DNA from: Polyangia bacterium
Lineage (GTDB): Bacteria; Myxococcota_A; Polyangia; JAAYKL01
Reading direction: 5' to 3'
Assembly (NCBI GenBank): GCA_050287845.1
Contig: JBNKCR010000065.1
Span: 14,759 to 78,758 of the forward strand
Length of the DNA stretch: 64,000 nt
The notes under the pieces were generated by a model. The model did no database searches. It was not told the origin of the DNA and saw only the letters and a program-made list of their open reading frames with translations. The translations under genes were made by a program, and so were the position numbers. Shown here piece by piece: positions 1 to 8,330 of this stretch (within the stretch, counting starts at the first letter, position 1; every line of letters starts with the position of its first letter).

Positions 1-2133
1 CAGTCCGCACCCCCCAAGGCCGTCCGACTGATATCCGAGGGTGCCCTCATCGCAGGCATCACATCCCGGAGCGCTAGCCGGTGTTCCCGCCCAACCGACT
101 TCGCATTCGCACAGGGCATTCACATCCGTCCCGTCGCACCGGGCATTGGTCGCGCATCCGGCGCCAGAAGTGGTATTATAACAGGGAATATCCTGACAGG
201 CCGTCGTTAAATCCGCGGTGTCCGCATTCTCGTATCCAGCGCTGCAGTTGCAGACATACACATATTCAGCGCTGTCCGTATCATACGCGCAGGCGCCATT
301 GGCACCGCAATCAATGTTCGTATCGCTGCAAACATCGGGATCATCGCAATAGTCATTGGCCCATGCCCCGGTTTCGCAGTTCTGATATTGCTCTCCGTTG
401 GTATCCATCCCACAGGCGTCCGTCAGTATCTGCGTATCGCTATCCAGACAGACATCCGGATCTGTGCAGACGTCCGTGTCGTCAACCCAGGCACCAATGT
501 CACAGTGCTGCAGTAAATCCCCACGGCCATTGAGTCCACAGTCGTCGGCCACCACCTGGGTATCGCTATCCGCACAGGTATCGGTGTCAGCACACGTGCC
601 ATCCTCCCAGGCGCCGGTCACGCAGGTCTGCGCCAGGGCTCCCCGCAGATTGAGACCGCAGCTGGCCGGAAGCGACTGGGTGTCGCTGTCAGTACAACTG
701 TCGGAATCGGCACAATCGCCATCCTGCCATTCCCCGGTCACGCAGCTCTGATCCAGTGTTCCCCGATTATTCATACCGCAGTTCACGGACTGGGTATCCG
801 AATCCACACAGTCATCCGTATCAGTGCAGGTGCCATCCACCCATGCGCCCACCGTGCAAATCTGCAACAGTTCTCCCCGATTGTTCAGGCCACAGATGTC
901 GGTCTGAGTATCGCTGTCCAGACATTCGTCGGTATCGGTGCACACCCCATCCTGCCAGGTTCCGGTCACACAGGTCCGGGCCAGAGAACCGCGGGTATTG
1001 GTACCGCAACTGTTCAACAGCGACTGGGTATCCGAGTCCACACAGTCATCGGGATCCGTACACACATCATCCGCCCATACCCCCACCGTACAGACCTGCA
1101 GCTGCTCCCCGCGGCTGTTGTAGCCGCATGCATCAGTCAGAGTCTGTGTGTCGCTGTCCAGACATTCGTCCGAATCGGTGCACACCCCATCCTGCCAGGT
1201 TCCGGTCACACAGGTCCGGGCCAGAGAACCGCGGGTATTCATGCCGCAACTGCTCAACAGCGACTGGGTATCCGAGTCCACACAGTCATCCGGGTCGGTA
1301 CACACATCGTCCACCCATACGCCCACAGTGCAGACCTGCAGCTGTTCCCCGCGACTGTTATACCCGCATTGGTCGGTCAATGTCTGCATATCACTGTCCG
1401 CACAATCATCCGTGTCGGTACACGTGCCGGTGTTCACCCAGCTGCCATCTACGCATTCCTGCACATACACCCCTCTGCCGTTCACCCCACAGACCGTTGC
1501 CCCATCCTGCAACAACCCATCAAAGCAGACGCCCGTGTCCGTGGATGTCCCGGTTCCGGTATCTGTGCCACCGGTATCGCCAGTATCGGTCCCACTCACA
1601 CCGGTATCCGAAGACTGCGGATCCACCGTGCCGGTGTCTGATGAGGTTGTATCGACCACCCCCGTATCATCTCCATTCGTATCCACTGTGCCGGAGTCCG
1701 TCACGCTGGTATCCGTCACATTGGTGTCCGTCACATTGGTGTCCGTTACGCTGGTATCGGTCACGCTGGTGTCCGTCACATTGGTATCGGTCTCGCTGGT
1801 ATCCGTCATGTTGGTATCTGGCACCTGCGTATCGGTTGATGTGGTATCCGCCCATCCACTATCTATCCCCGATGAATCTGTTCCACCAATGACTCCCGTT
1901 TCCGAATCGCCCTCCGTGCCGTCCGTTCCTGATACCGGGGTAGAAGTATCCGTGTCATCGGTTCCGGAATTTCCTGATGTGGCGGAATCCGCAGTGCCAC
2001 TGTCTGATTGCGTTGCTGAATCATTATTATTGTTGCCGCCGCCCCCGGAACCGCCACTGTCACTGCATCCGAAAACAATCAGAAAAAACAGACCGAAAAT
2101 CATACCTGTTTGTTTGCCCAGCTTGCTGCTCAT
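1..2133 (-). CDS. Large surface lipoprotein, 3'-partial: Asp/Thr/Ser-rich linker, ten 4-Cys repeats, then EGF-like modules
   Basis: Not in the ORF track because it runs off the left edge. ATG at 2133 follows AGGGGG. My translation begins MSSKLGKQTGMIFGLFFLIVFG-C (lipobox), then DTSVT repeats, CGxNxRG...C..G.W...C repeats, and CGANGAC...CNCSAGY and CATNARC...CECEVGW (EGF-like). I saw no in-frame stop to the window edge. Confidence 0.85.
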   Translation of the reverse strand, partial: MSSKLGKQTGMIFGLFFLIVFGCSDSGGSGGGGNNNNDSATQSDSGTADSATSGNSGTDDTDTSTPVSGTDGTEGDSETGVIGGTDSSGIDSGWADTTSTDTQVPDTNMTDTSETDTNVTDTSVTDTSVTDTNVTDTNVTDTSVTDSGTVDTNGDDTGVVDTTSSDTGTVDPQSSDTGVSGTDTGDTGGTDTGTGTSTDTGVCFDGLLQDGATVCGVNGRGVYVQECVDGSWVNTGTCTDTDDCADSDMQTLTDQCGYNSRGEQLQVCTVGVWVDDVCTDPDDCVDSDTQSLLSSCGMNTRGSLARTCVTGTWQDGVCTDSDECLDSDTQTLTDACGYNSRGEQLQVCTVGVWADDVCTDPDDCVDSDTQSLLNSCGTNTRGSLARTCVTGTWQDGVCTDTDECLDSDTQTDICGLNNRGELLQICTVGAWVDGTCTDTDDCVDSDTQSVNCGMNNRGTLDQSCVTGEWQDGDCADSDSCTDSDTQSLPASCGLNLRGALAQTCVTGAWEDGTCADTDTCADSDTQVVADDCGLNGRGDLLQHCDIGAWVDDTDVCTDPDVCLDSDTQILTDACGMDTNGEQYQNCETGAWANDYCDDPDVCSDTNIDCGANGACAYDTDSAEYVYVCNCSAGYENADTADLTTACQDIPCYNTTSGAGCATNARCDGTDVNALCECEVGWAGTPASAPGCDACDEGTLGYQSDGLGGCGL
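325..1530 (-). repeat. Ten tandem ~40-aa (~120 bp) Cys-rich coding repeats
   Basis: Unit cores CGVNGRG, CGYNSRG, CGMNTRG, CGYNSRG, CGTNTRG, CGLNNRG, CGMNNRG, CGLNLRG, CGLNGRG, CGMDTNG. DNA at ~920-1080 and ~1160-1320 is near-identical (240-bp period). Confidence 0.85.
1699..1818 (-). repeat. Eight 15-bp tandem units encoding DT(S/N)xT pentapeptides
   Basis: cgtcac(gc/at)tggt(a/g)tc units are visible directly in the sequence. Confidence 0.85.
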
Positions 2134-2407
2134 GTCTTCCCCCTTGTGTAGGATTGAACCGGACCCAATAAATACTAACTTCGGATCCTTTCAGTTAAAC
2201 TTTAGAAACACGTGACATTTAAGTAGAAACAGCTGACATGTCCCCCGTTCCGGGTACGGTGACACCCGGGTCATCCCAGAGAATCTTCCGCTGAAAGTCG
2301 TCTTTACGGAAAAGGGAAATCGCCAGCAGATTCAAACGCGCCCCGATTTGACCCGGCAGAAACACGTGCTATTTTTTTTGCTGGCTGTTTTTGAAAGGCG
2401 GAACATC

Positions 2408-2767
2408 TTGGACCCTGCAGAAGAAAAACGAGAATTGCTCAGCAACCTGATTGTCTACATGGATAGCTTTGAAACGGGCGTTCAGGGTACGGTAACCCTC
2501 TTTCAGGAAGGCAGTATTGAACAGGCCAAATTGAACACAGTTCAGGTAATCGACGGTTTAAGCTGGATTATGGAAGGCATCACGGTGTTGCGGGATCTGG
2601 TGGCAATTGATGTTACCGCACTGAAAAACACGCTGGTTGAACTGCAGACCTGCCTGGAAAACGACGACGACGTTTCGACCTCTGACCTGTTTGAAAACGA
2701 GTTACTGCCGGTGGTGTCCTCTTGGAAACAAAGGATGAAAGAAGTTGACGGACAGCGCCATACTTAG
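2408..2767 (+). CDS. Small helical hypothetical protein of the type found next to maf genes in flagellin glycosylation loci
   Basis: TTG at 2408 after GAAAGG. Motifs IDGLSWIMEGI and LENDDDVSTSDLFENELLP resemble, from recall, small proteins adjacent to maf genes. Overlaps the next ORF. Confidence 0.65.
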   Translation: MDPAEEKRELLSNLIVYMDSFETGVQGTVTLFQEGSIEQAKLNTVQVIDGLSWIMEGITVLRDLVAIDVTALKNTLVELQTCLENDDDVSTSDLFENELLPVVSSWKQRMKEVDGQRHT

Positions 2768-4109
2768 TGCCAATCTGCGCGCTCTCCACACGCGCACACC
2801 GGGATTGGCCACCGCCCTTGAACAGCACAGCCCCGACCCATCCCGGATTGAACTGTTCCCTACCCGGGACAATGTATCCACACTTCGGTATCGCCATACC
2901 AACGGAGACAGAACTGTGCATACTTTTCTGCACAGTCGGTATCACCCCCTCAACGAGGCAACACGCTTCGCCGAAGGCCACGACACAACCACTTCAGTGC
3001 TGCTGTATGGATTCGGTCTGGGATACCACGTGCGCGCAATGGCGGAACGAATGGCCCCCGGCAGGCGTCTGCGCGTTGTAGAAGCAACCCCTGATATTCT
3101 GAAAACAGCATTTTCACTGACGGACTTCACCGCGCTCATCGAACATCCCCAGGTGGAAATACTGGGAATGACCGATGAAAATGAGTTATGCAACCAAATC
3201 GAATCGCTGAGTGTGAGCGGATTCAAGCTCGCTATTCATAAACCGTCCATGAATTGCATGGATGATTCACCGGGAGAACTGAAACTGCTCCTCACGAACT
3301 GTCTGATGCCCGGCAATCGCAAAGCACGTCAGCATCTGGCGGCCGAAAATCACTATGCAAACATTCAGATTCCCAGCCACCCGATATATGAGCTGTTCGA
3401 AAAGCATCCCGGTGAAACGGCGGTTATCGTCTCCAGTGGACCATCGCTGAACACGTTCTGGGAGTTTCTTCGGGATAATCGGGCGCATCTTCGACTTCTC
3501 TGTGTGGGCTCCGCGCTGAAATTCCTATATAATCAACAGATTACACCCGATTATCTCGTTCTGATGGATGCCCTTCATGGCGTTCGCCACCAACTCCGCG
3601 GATGCGAGCATCTCGAAGTGCCCATGCTATTTTCCAATTTCACCTTCGCCGGTGCAGTGGCCGCGTACCAGGGTCCCAAATATCTCTACCTCGGAGAGCC
3701 CACCCCGGGCTTCCCGGATGCCCAGGTACTTTCCATCGGCGGATCGGTGGCGGTGGCAGCCCTTGAAATTGCACTGAAAATGGGAATGACCCGAGTCATA
3801 TTCATTGGCCAGGACCTTTGTTTCGCCGGTGGACAGCACCATGCCAGTGGCAGCTGGCTGGGGACCAACACCCGAAGTCCGGAGCTGGCCAACATGATTC
3901 GCGTGAAAAACATTCGGAATGAATGGGTCTCCACCCAACCGAAATTGCTGAATTATCGCAATACGATTATACGCAAAATTTCACAGCACCCGAACGTTGC
4001 GTTCTATAATCTTGCAGATGCGGGTCTGGTCATCGATGGCGCGGCAATCGTGTCCACATCGGCGCTGACGGAAATCATCCAGCGAACTTCACCCAACTTA
4101 TCCGAATGA
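2745..4109 (+). CDS. Motility-associated factor (Maf)/DUF115 family glycosyltransferase (MptE-like domain)
   Basis: Motifs LHSRYHPLNEA, YGFGLGYH, AVIVSSGPSL, PDYLVLMD, GGSVAVAALEIALKMGMTRVIFIGQDL. Confidence 0.85.
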   Translation: MTDSAILSANLRALHTRTPGLATALEQHSPDPSRIELFPTRDNVSTLRYRHTNGDRTVHTFLHSRYHPLNEATRFAEGHDTTTSVLLYGFGLGYHVRAMAERMAPGRRLRVVEATPDILKTAFSLTDFTALIEHPQVEILGMTDENELCNQIESLSVSGFKLAIHKPSMNCMDDSPGELKLLLTNCLMPGNRKARQHLAAENHYANIQIPSHPIYELFEKHPGETAVIVSSGPSLNTFWEFLRDNRAHLRLLCVGSALKFLYNQQITPDYLVLMDALHGVRHQLRGCEHLEVPMLFSNFTFAGAVAAYQGPKYLYLGEPTPGFPDAQVLSIGGSVAVAALEIALKMGMTRVIFIGQDLCFAGGQHHASGSWLGTNTRSPELANMIRVKNIRNEWVSTQPKLLNYRNTIIRKISQHPNVAFYNLADAGLVIDGAAIVSTSALTEIIQRTSPNLSE

Positions 4110-4297
4110 ATTCAGTGTATTACAAAGAAGCTCCGCAAAGAGCCGGCCCACTTCCACGTCGGTGTTCATTCCCGAAATGCAAACGCCTTTCTATTGTAAA
4201 TTTAAATGATTAACTGTTGGACTTGACATTCAATGTACCGATTCGTACTAAACCGTGTGAAATTTTGAGCATGGCCGGAGAGCGAACTGTGGCAGAC

Positions 4298-4558
4298 ATG
4301 GATATTGAGACACTTGAAAACGAACTGAAAGATCTGATTGTTGAAACCCTTCGGCTTGAAGATGTGAAGCCGTCCGAAATTAATTCAGAAGATGCCCTGT
4401 TCTACGATGGACTGGGACTGGATTCACTGGATGCCCTGGAACTGGGAGTTGCGATTTCAAAAAAGTATGGAATCAAACTCACCAATGACCCCGAAGAAAA
4501 TCGCAGGGTGTTTGCCAGTATCCAATCCATGGCCCAGTTTATTCTCGAGCAAAAATAA
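4298..4558 (+). CDS. Acyl carrier protein (ApeE-like)
   Basis: GLGLDSLDALEL phosphopantetheine motif in a small acidic protein. Start is ATG 4298 or GTG 4289. Confidence 0.92.
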   Translation: MDIETLENELKDLIVETLRLEDVKPSEINSEDALFYDGLGLDSLDALELGVAISKKYGIKLTNDPEENRRVFASIQSMAQFILEQK

Positions 4559-4576
4559 TACTGCAGGAAAAAAAAT

Positions 4577-4822
4577 ATGACCGAGCGAGATACCATATTG
4601 GCGGAAGTGAAGAAAATCCTCTGCACGACATTTGACCTGTCCGAAACAGATGTGACCGAAGATAAAAATCTGTTCACGGACCTTGATCTGGACAGTCTGG
4701 ATGCGGTGGATATGGCGTCAGAACTCAGCGCAAGCGCCGGCATTAAATTCACCGCCGAAGATCTTCGTCAAATTCGCACCGTGGCGGATGTGGCAGACAC
4801 CATTATCCGCAAAAAAAGTTGA
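4577..4822 (+). CDS. Acyl carrier protein (ApeF-like)
   Basis: DLDLDSLDAVDM motif; 81 aa. Confidence 0.92.
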   Translation: MTERDTILAEVKKILCTTFDLSETDVTEDKNLFTDLDLDSLDAVDMASELSASAGIKFTAEDLRQIRTVADVADTIIRKKS

Positions 4823-6300
4823 CGGGTACGCTGCCCACCTCCTACTCCCTCTTCGCCAATAATGGCAATGTGCCGGTTGCGGACAATGGTAGCATCAGAA
4901 CCCATTTACTGAACTGCGCGGATATAATTCGCCTGAACATCGACCGATTGTCCAGTCCGGACGATGACCGGAAGCTGTGGCTGGTGGCCGTGCACTCCCC
5001 ACTGCGATTCACCGCTGCGGTGATAGCGTGCTGGCAATCCCGGGTCATCCCGGTTCTGAGCGCGGATTTGCAACCGGACACCCTTGCGGAGCTGAGCCAG
5101 AGCCTGTCGGGCATTCTGACAGACGGGGAAACGCCGACAATTGACAGCACATCATCGGCAGAGCAGACGGGGGAATGCACTCCGGCAATCTTTCGGGTGA
5201 ATCACGACATACAGGCAGACCAAAGTGTCTGGTCCGGGGGTGTCATCCCTGCCAATCAACGCCCGGCTTCGCCATCCATCGTTCCCAATCCCACCTTCCC
5301 CGCAGACGATACCGCCATGGTGCTGTTCACATCGGGAAGCAGTGGCCAGAAAAAGCGTGTGGACAAGCCCTTCTTTGCCCTGTTTGAAGAGGTGAAAAAT
5401 CTGGAAACCGTGTTCGGCAATCAGGTTGCCGGCCTGCCACGTCGCACCACGGTCAGCCATTTTCATATTTACGGATTTCTGTTCAACATTCTATGGCCCC
5501 TGCACGCGGGCCGTCTGTTGAGTTCACCGACGACCTTTTATTGGGAACAGATCCTCCAGGCGGGCGACGATGGCGCCTGCATCATATCGTCTCCCGCGCA
5601 TCTCAGGGTGTTGTCCGGTATTGCACCTTCCCACCCGTTCAACTGGAACAGAAGCGTGATTTTTTCATCCGGTGGCCCACTGGACCGGGCCATTGCCCTC
5701 GATATTCTGAACACCACCCGCCAGGCGCCTATAGAAATATTCGGTTCCACCGAAACAGGAGGAATTGGCCACCGACAGCAGTCGTCCGCAGAGAAAATTC
5801 CATTTTTACCCTTTGCAGGGGTATCTGTGCGAAAAAATCATCAGGATGGACTGGAAGTGATGTCCCCGTGGCTGCATCCGCGCAACCAGTGGATGGAAAC
5901 CGGTGATCGCATCTCTTTTTCACCCCATGGGGCCTTTTTTCCGGAAGGCCGCTACGATACGGTGGTGAAAATTGCGGGAAAACGCATATCCCTCACCGAG
6001 ATGGAAACGGTCCTTCGCGATATGCCAGAGATTGAAAACGCCCGGGTGTTTCCGTATTGCGACGAAGACAAAGCCAGCCGTGCGGTGCTGGCCGCGGTGG
6101 TGATTCCTGCTGCGGGCCATCCGATTCCTGCCAACCATCAACGGCAGGCGATCATTCGAACGGTAAAGGAACGGATGCGTCGCCGGTTTGATTTGGTGGC
6201 GCTTCCCAGATACTGGCGATTTGTCCCGGATTTTCCACGCAACACAGAGGGCAAAGTGCCCCTGAGTCTACTGATGGAGACGGTACGCAATGGTCGTTGA
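4819..6300 (+). CDS. AMP-binding acyl-ACP/CoA synthetase (ApeH-like)
   Basis: Adenylation motifs LFTSGSSGQKK, EIFGSTETGGIG, TGD, GRYDTVVKIAGKRISL, RNTEGK. Confidence 0.9.
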   Translation: MTGTLPTSYSLFANNGNVPVADNGSIRTHLLNCADIIRLNIDRLSSPDDDRKLWLVAVHSPLRFTAAVIACWQSRVIPVLSADLQPDTLAELSQSLSGILTDGETPTIDSTSSAEQTGECTPAIFRVNHDIQADQSVWSGGVIPANQRPASPSIVPNPTFPADDTAMVLFTSGSSGQKKRVDKPFFALFEEVKNLETVFGNQVAGLPRRTTVSHFHIYGFLFNILWPLHAGRLLSSPTTFYWEQILQAGDDGACIISSPAHLRVLSGIAPSHPFNWNRSVIFSSGGPLDRAIALDILNTTRQAPIEIFGSTETGGIGHRQQSSAEKIPFLPFAGVSVRKNHQDGLEVMSPWLHPRNQWMETGDRISFSPHGAFFPEGRYDTVVKIAGKRISLTEMETVLRDMPEIENARVFPYCDEDKASRAVLAAVVIPAAGHPIPANHQRQAIIRTVKERMRRRFDLVALPRYWRFVPDFPRNTEGKVPLSLLMETVRNGR

Positions 6301-6631
6301 AACCCTCAATGATATTTGTTTTCAACAGGAACACGAAAATACCATTACCCGGTTTCACTGCCGCGTATCCGCGGATTTTTACGGATTCCGGGGACACTTC
6401 GATGGCCGTCCCATTCTGCCCGGGGTATGTCAGCTCAAACTGGTATCCGAAGGCATATCCCTGCTCTCGGCGCCCCCATCCATTGCCAGGGTGGAAAAGA
6501 TGAAGTTTCACAATCTGATTGTCCCGGATACGGCGTTTATCATCGAACTCGAACCCCAGACGGATGCCTGGCGGTATCGCATATTCAGTGACACCGCCGA
6601 CTATGCATCCGGAAAGATTGTGCTTCGATGA
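6290..6631 (+). CDS. Hotdog-fold 3-hydroxyacyl-ACP dehydratase (ApeI-like)
   Basis: FRGHFDGRPILPGV motif; KFHNLIVP. Confidence 0.88.
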   Translation: MVVETLNDICFQQEHENTITRFHCRVSADFYGFRGHFDGRPILPGVCQLKLVSEGISLLSAPPSIARVEKMKFHNLIVPDTAFIIELEPQTDAWRYRIFSDTADYASGKIVLR

Positions 6632-7386
6632 AACTGTGCATCCTGTTGCCCACGTTCAACAACGTGGACACCATTGAGGGGTTGGTGGCAGCGCTGAAAC
6701 CGTTCGACTATCCGATAGTCATCGTGAACGACGGGTCCGGTGAGGACATGAATGCGGTATTGCAACGCATTGAAAACGGGGGGGGGATTACGCTGATTCA
6801 CCGACCCGGAAATGGCGGCAAGGGCGCAGCTGTCACCGATGGCATCCAATGGGCCCGGAACAACGGCTTCACCCATGTTCTGCAGATGGATGCGGATCAC
6901 CAGCACAGCGTTGCGGACGTTCCCCGATTTATCAGAGCGGCAACACAGCACCCGCGCAGTCTAATCCTCGGCAAGCCCATCTTCCCGCCCAACACCCCCA
7001 GAGCCCGGCTCAACGGTCGCAAAATCAGCATTGTCTGGGTATGGATAGAAACCCTCTCCACCGAGATTAAGGATCCCCTGTTCGGATATCGCGTGTATCC
7101 GGTGCGCGAAACGGCCCGCACACTGAAATGGCCGTTCATTGGCAAAAGAATGGAATTCGATCCGGAAATCGCGGTCCGTCTGGTATGGCGGGGCGTCCCC
7201 GTGGTCAACCTGGAAACCGCGGTCACCTACCACGACGGCGGCATTTCCCATTTTCACTATTTTTACGACAACGTGCGCATTTCGTGGATGCACACCCGAC
7301 TCTTTATCGGAATGCTGCTGCGGATAGGCATCCTCCTGGGACGCCGCATTGTCAGCCGTCTCACGGAGCGACAGGCGCACTCATGA
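6628..7386 (+). CDS. Family 2 glycosyltransferase (ApeJ N-terminal-like)
   Basis: LLPTFN, IVNDGS, NGGKGAA, QMDADHQH (DxD), MEFDPEIAVR, ISHF...DNVRISWMHTRL. Confidence 0.92.
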   Translation: MKLCILLPTFNNVDTIEGLVAALKPFDYPIVIVNDGSGEDMNAVLQRIENGGGITLIHRPGNGGKGAAVTDGIQWARNNGFTHVLQMDADHQHSVADVPRFIRAATQHPRSLILGKPIFPPNTPRARLNGRKISIVWVWIETLSTEIKDPLFGYRVYPVRETARTLKWPFIGKRMEFDPEIAVRLVWRGVPVVNLETAVTYHDGGISHFHYFYDNVRISWMHTRLFIGMLLRIGILLGRRIVSRLTERQAHS

Positions 7387-8330
7387 CAGAAGAGCGCCCA
7401 TGGATTGCCCAGAAAGAACGGGGCGCCACACCGGGGATGCGCATTGTGTTGTTTGTGCTCAACACCTTTGGCTATGCTGTTGCCCGACTGTTTCTGTATC
7501 CAGTTATCTGGTACTTCTATCTGACCGGAAAAACCGCCAGAAAAGCGGGCATCGCATATCTGAAACGCGTGCATCAACACTGCGGCAAGGGAACCCCGCC
7601 CGGTTTCATCGAGGGGTTCGCCCATTTCATCTCGTTTGCAGAGTGCACCCTGGATAAACTCTGGTTCTGGCAGTCCAGACTGGACCGGTTCGACATCCGC
7701 ACGGAAAATCTGGACGTGATAAAGCCATACCTGAGTGCCGGACGGGGATGTCTCATTCTGGGCGCCCATCTGGGCAACATCGACAGCCTCCGGGTACTGT
7801 GCCGCGAGCAGCGGGTTACCGTGAATGCGGTGATGTATCTGGGCAATGCCCAGCGCTTCAATGAGGTGCTTCGGCGCATCAATCCGGATTCCCAACTGAA
7901 TATCATCAACCTCAAAGATCGCAGTATCGAAGGTGTGCTGGCGCTGAAAACCTGCATTGAAAATGGCGAAATTGTGGCCATGCTGGCCGACCGTTTTCAC
8001 CCATCTTCACGGAGCCGGGTTGTCATTCACCCCTTTTTGGGCGAAGATGCCCCGTTTCCGGCGAACCCGTGGGTGGTCGCCAGCCTCCTCGAATGTCCCA
8101 CTTTTTTTGTGGCGGGCATCCGAACCGGCAGGCGCACCTACGAGAGTGTGGTTCAGTTTGTCACCGAAAAGGTGACACTCGACAGGAAGCGAAGAGATGC
8201 GGATATTCAGGACTACGTGGCGAAATACGCGGCGTTTCTCGAACAGCTCTGCTGTGAATATCCGTACCAGTGGTTTAACTTTTATGATTTCTGGAGAACC
8301 GATGACCAAGCCGAAAAGCCTGACCATTGA
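7383..8330 (+). CDS. LpxL-like lipid acyltransferase (ApeJ C-terminal-like)
   Basis: ATG 7383 overlaps the previous stop (ATGA). WIAQKERG, LILGAHLGN, AMLADR, YPYQWFNFYDFW. Confidence 0.88.
   Translation: MTEERPWIAQKERGATPGMRIVLFVLNTFGYAVARLFLYPVIWYFYLTGKTARKAGIAYLKRVHQHCGKGTPPGFIEGFAHFISFAECTLDKLWFWQSRLDRFDIRTENLDVIKPYLSAGRGCLILGAHLGNIDSLRVLCREQRVTVNAVMYLGNAQRFNEVLRRINPDSQLNIINLKDRSIEGVLALKTCIENGEIVAMLADRFHPSSRSRVVIHPFLGEDAPFPANPWVVASLLECPTFFVAGIRTGRRTYESVVQFVTEKVTLDRKRRDADIQDYVAKYAAFLEQLCCEYPYQWFNFYDFWRTDDQAEKPDH

Noticed and set aside
81..2215. Long plus-strand ORFs (81-533, 756-1892, 1148-2215)
   Set aside because: Antisense shadows of the minus-strand repeat lipoprotein. The VSVTL and Arg/His/Cys-rich text is what the reverse complement of DT-rich codons produces.
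2745..4109. Annotation as the archaeal pterin kinase MptE, linked to queD
   Set aside because: The length, N-terminal HSxYxP/GxGLGY region and partner gene fit Maf-type proteins. queD is over 20 kb away and unlinked.
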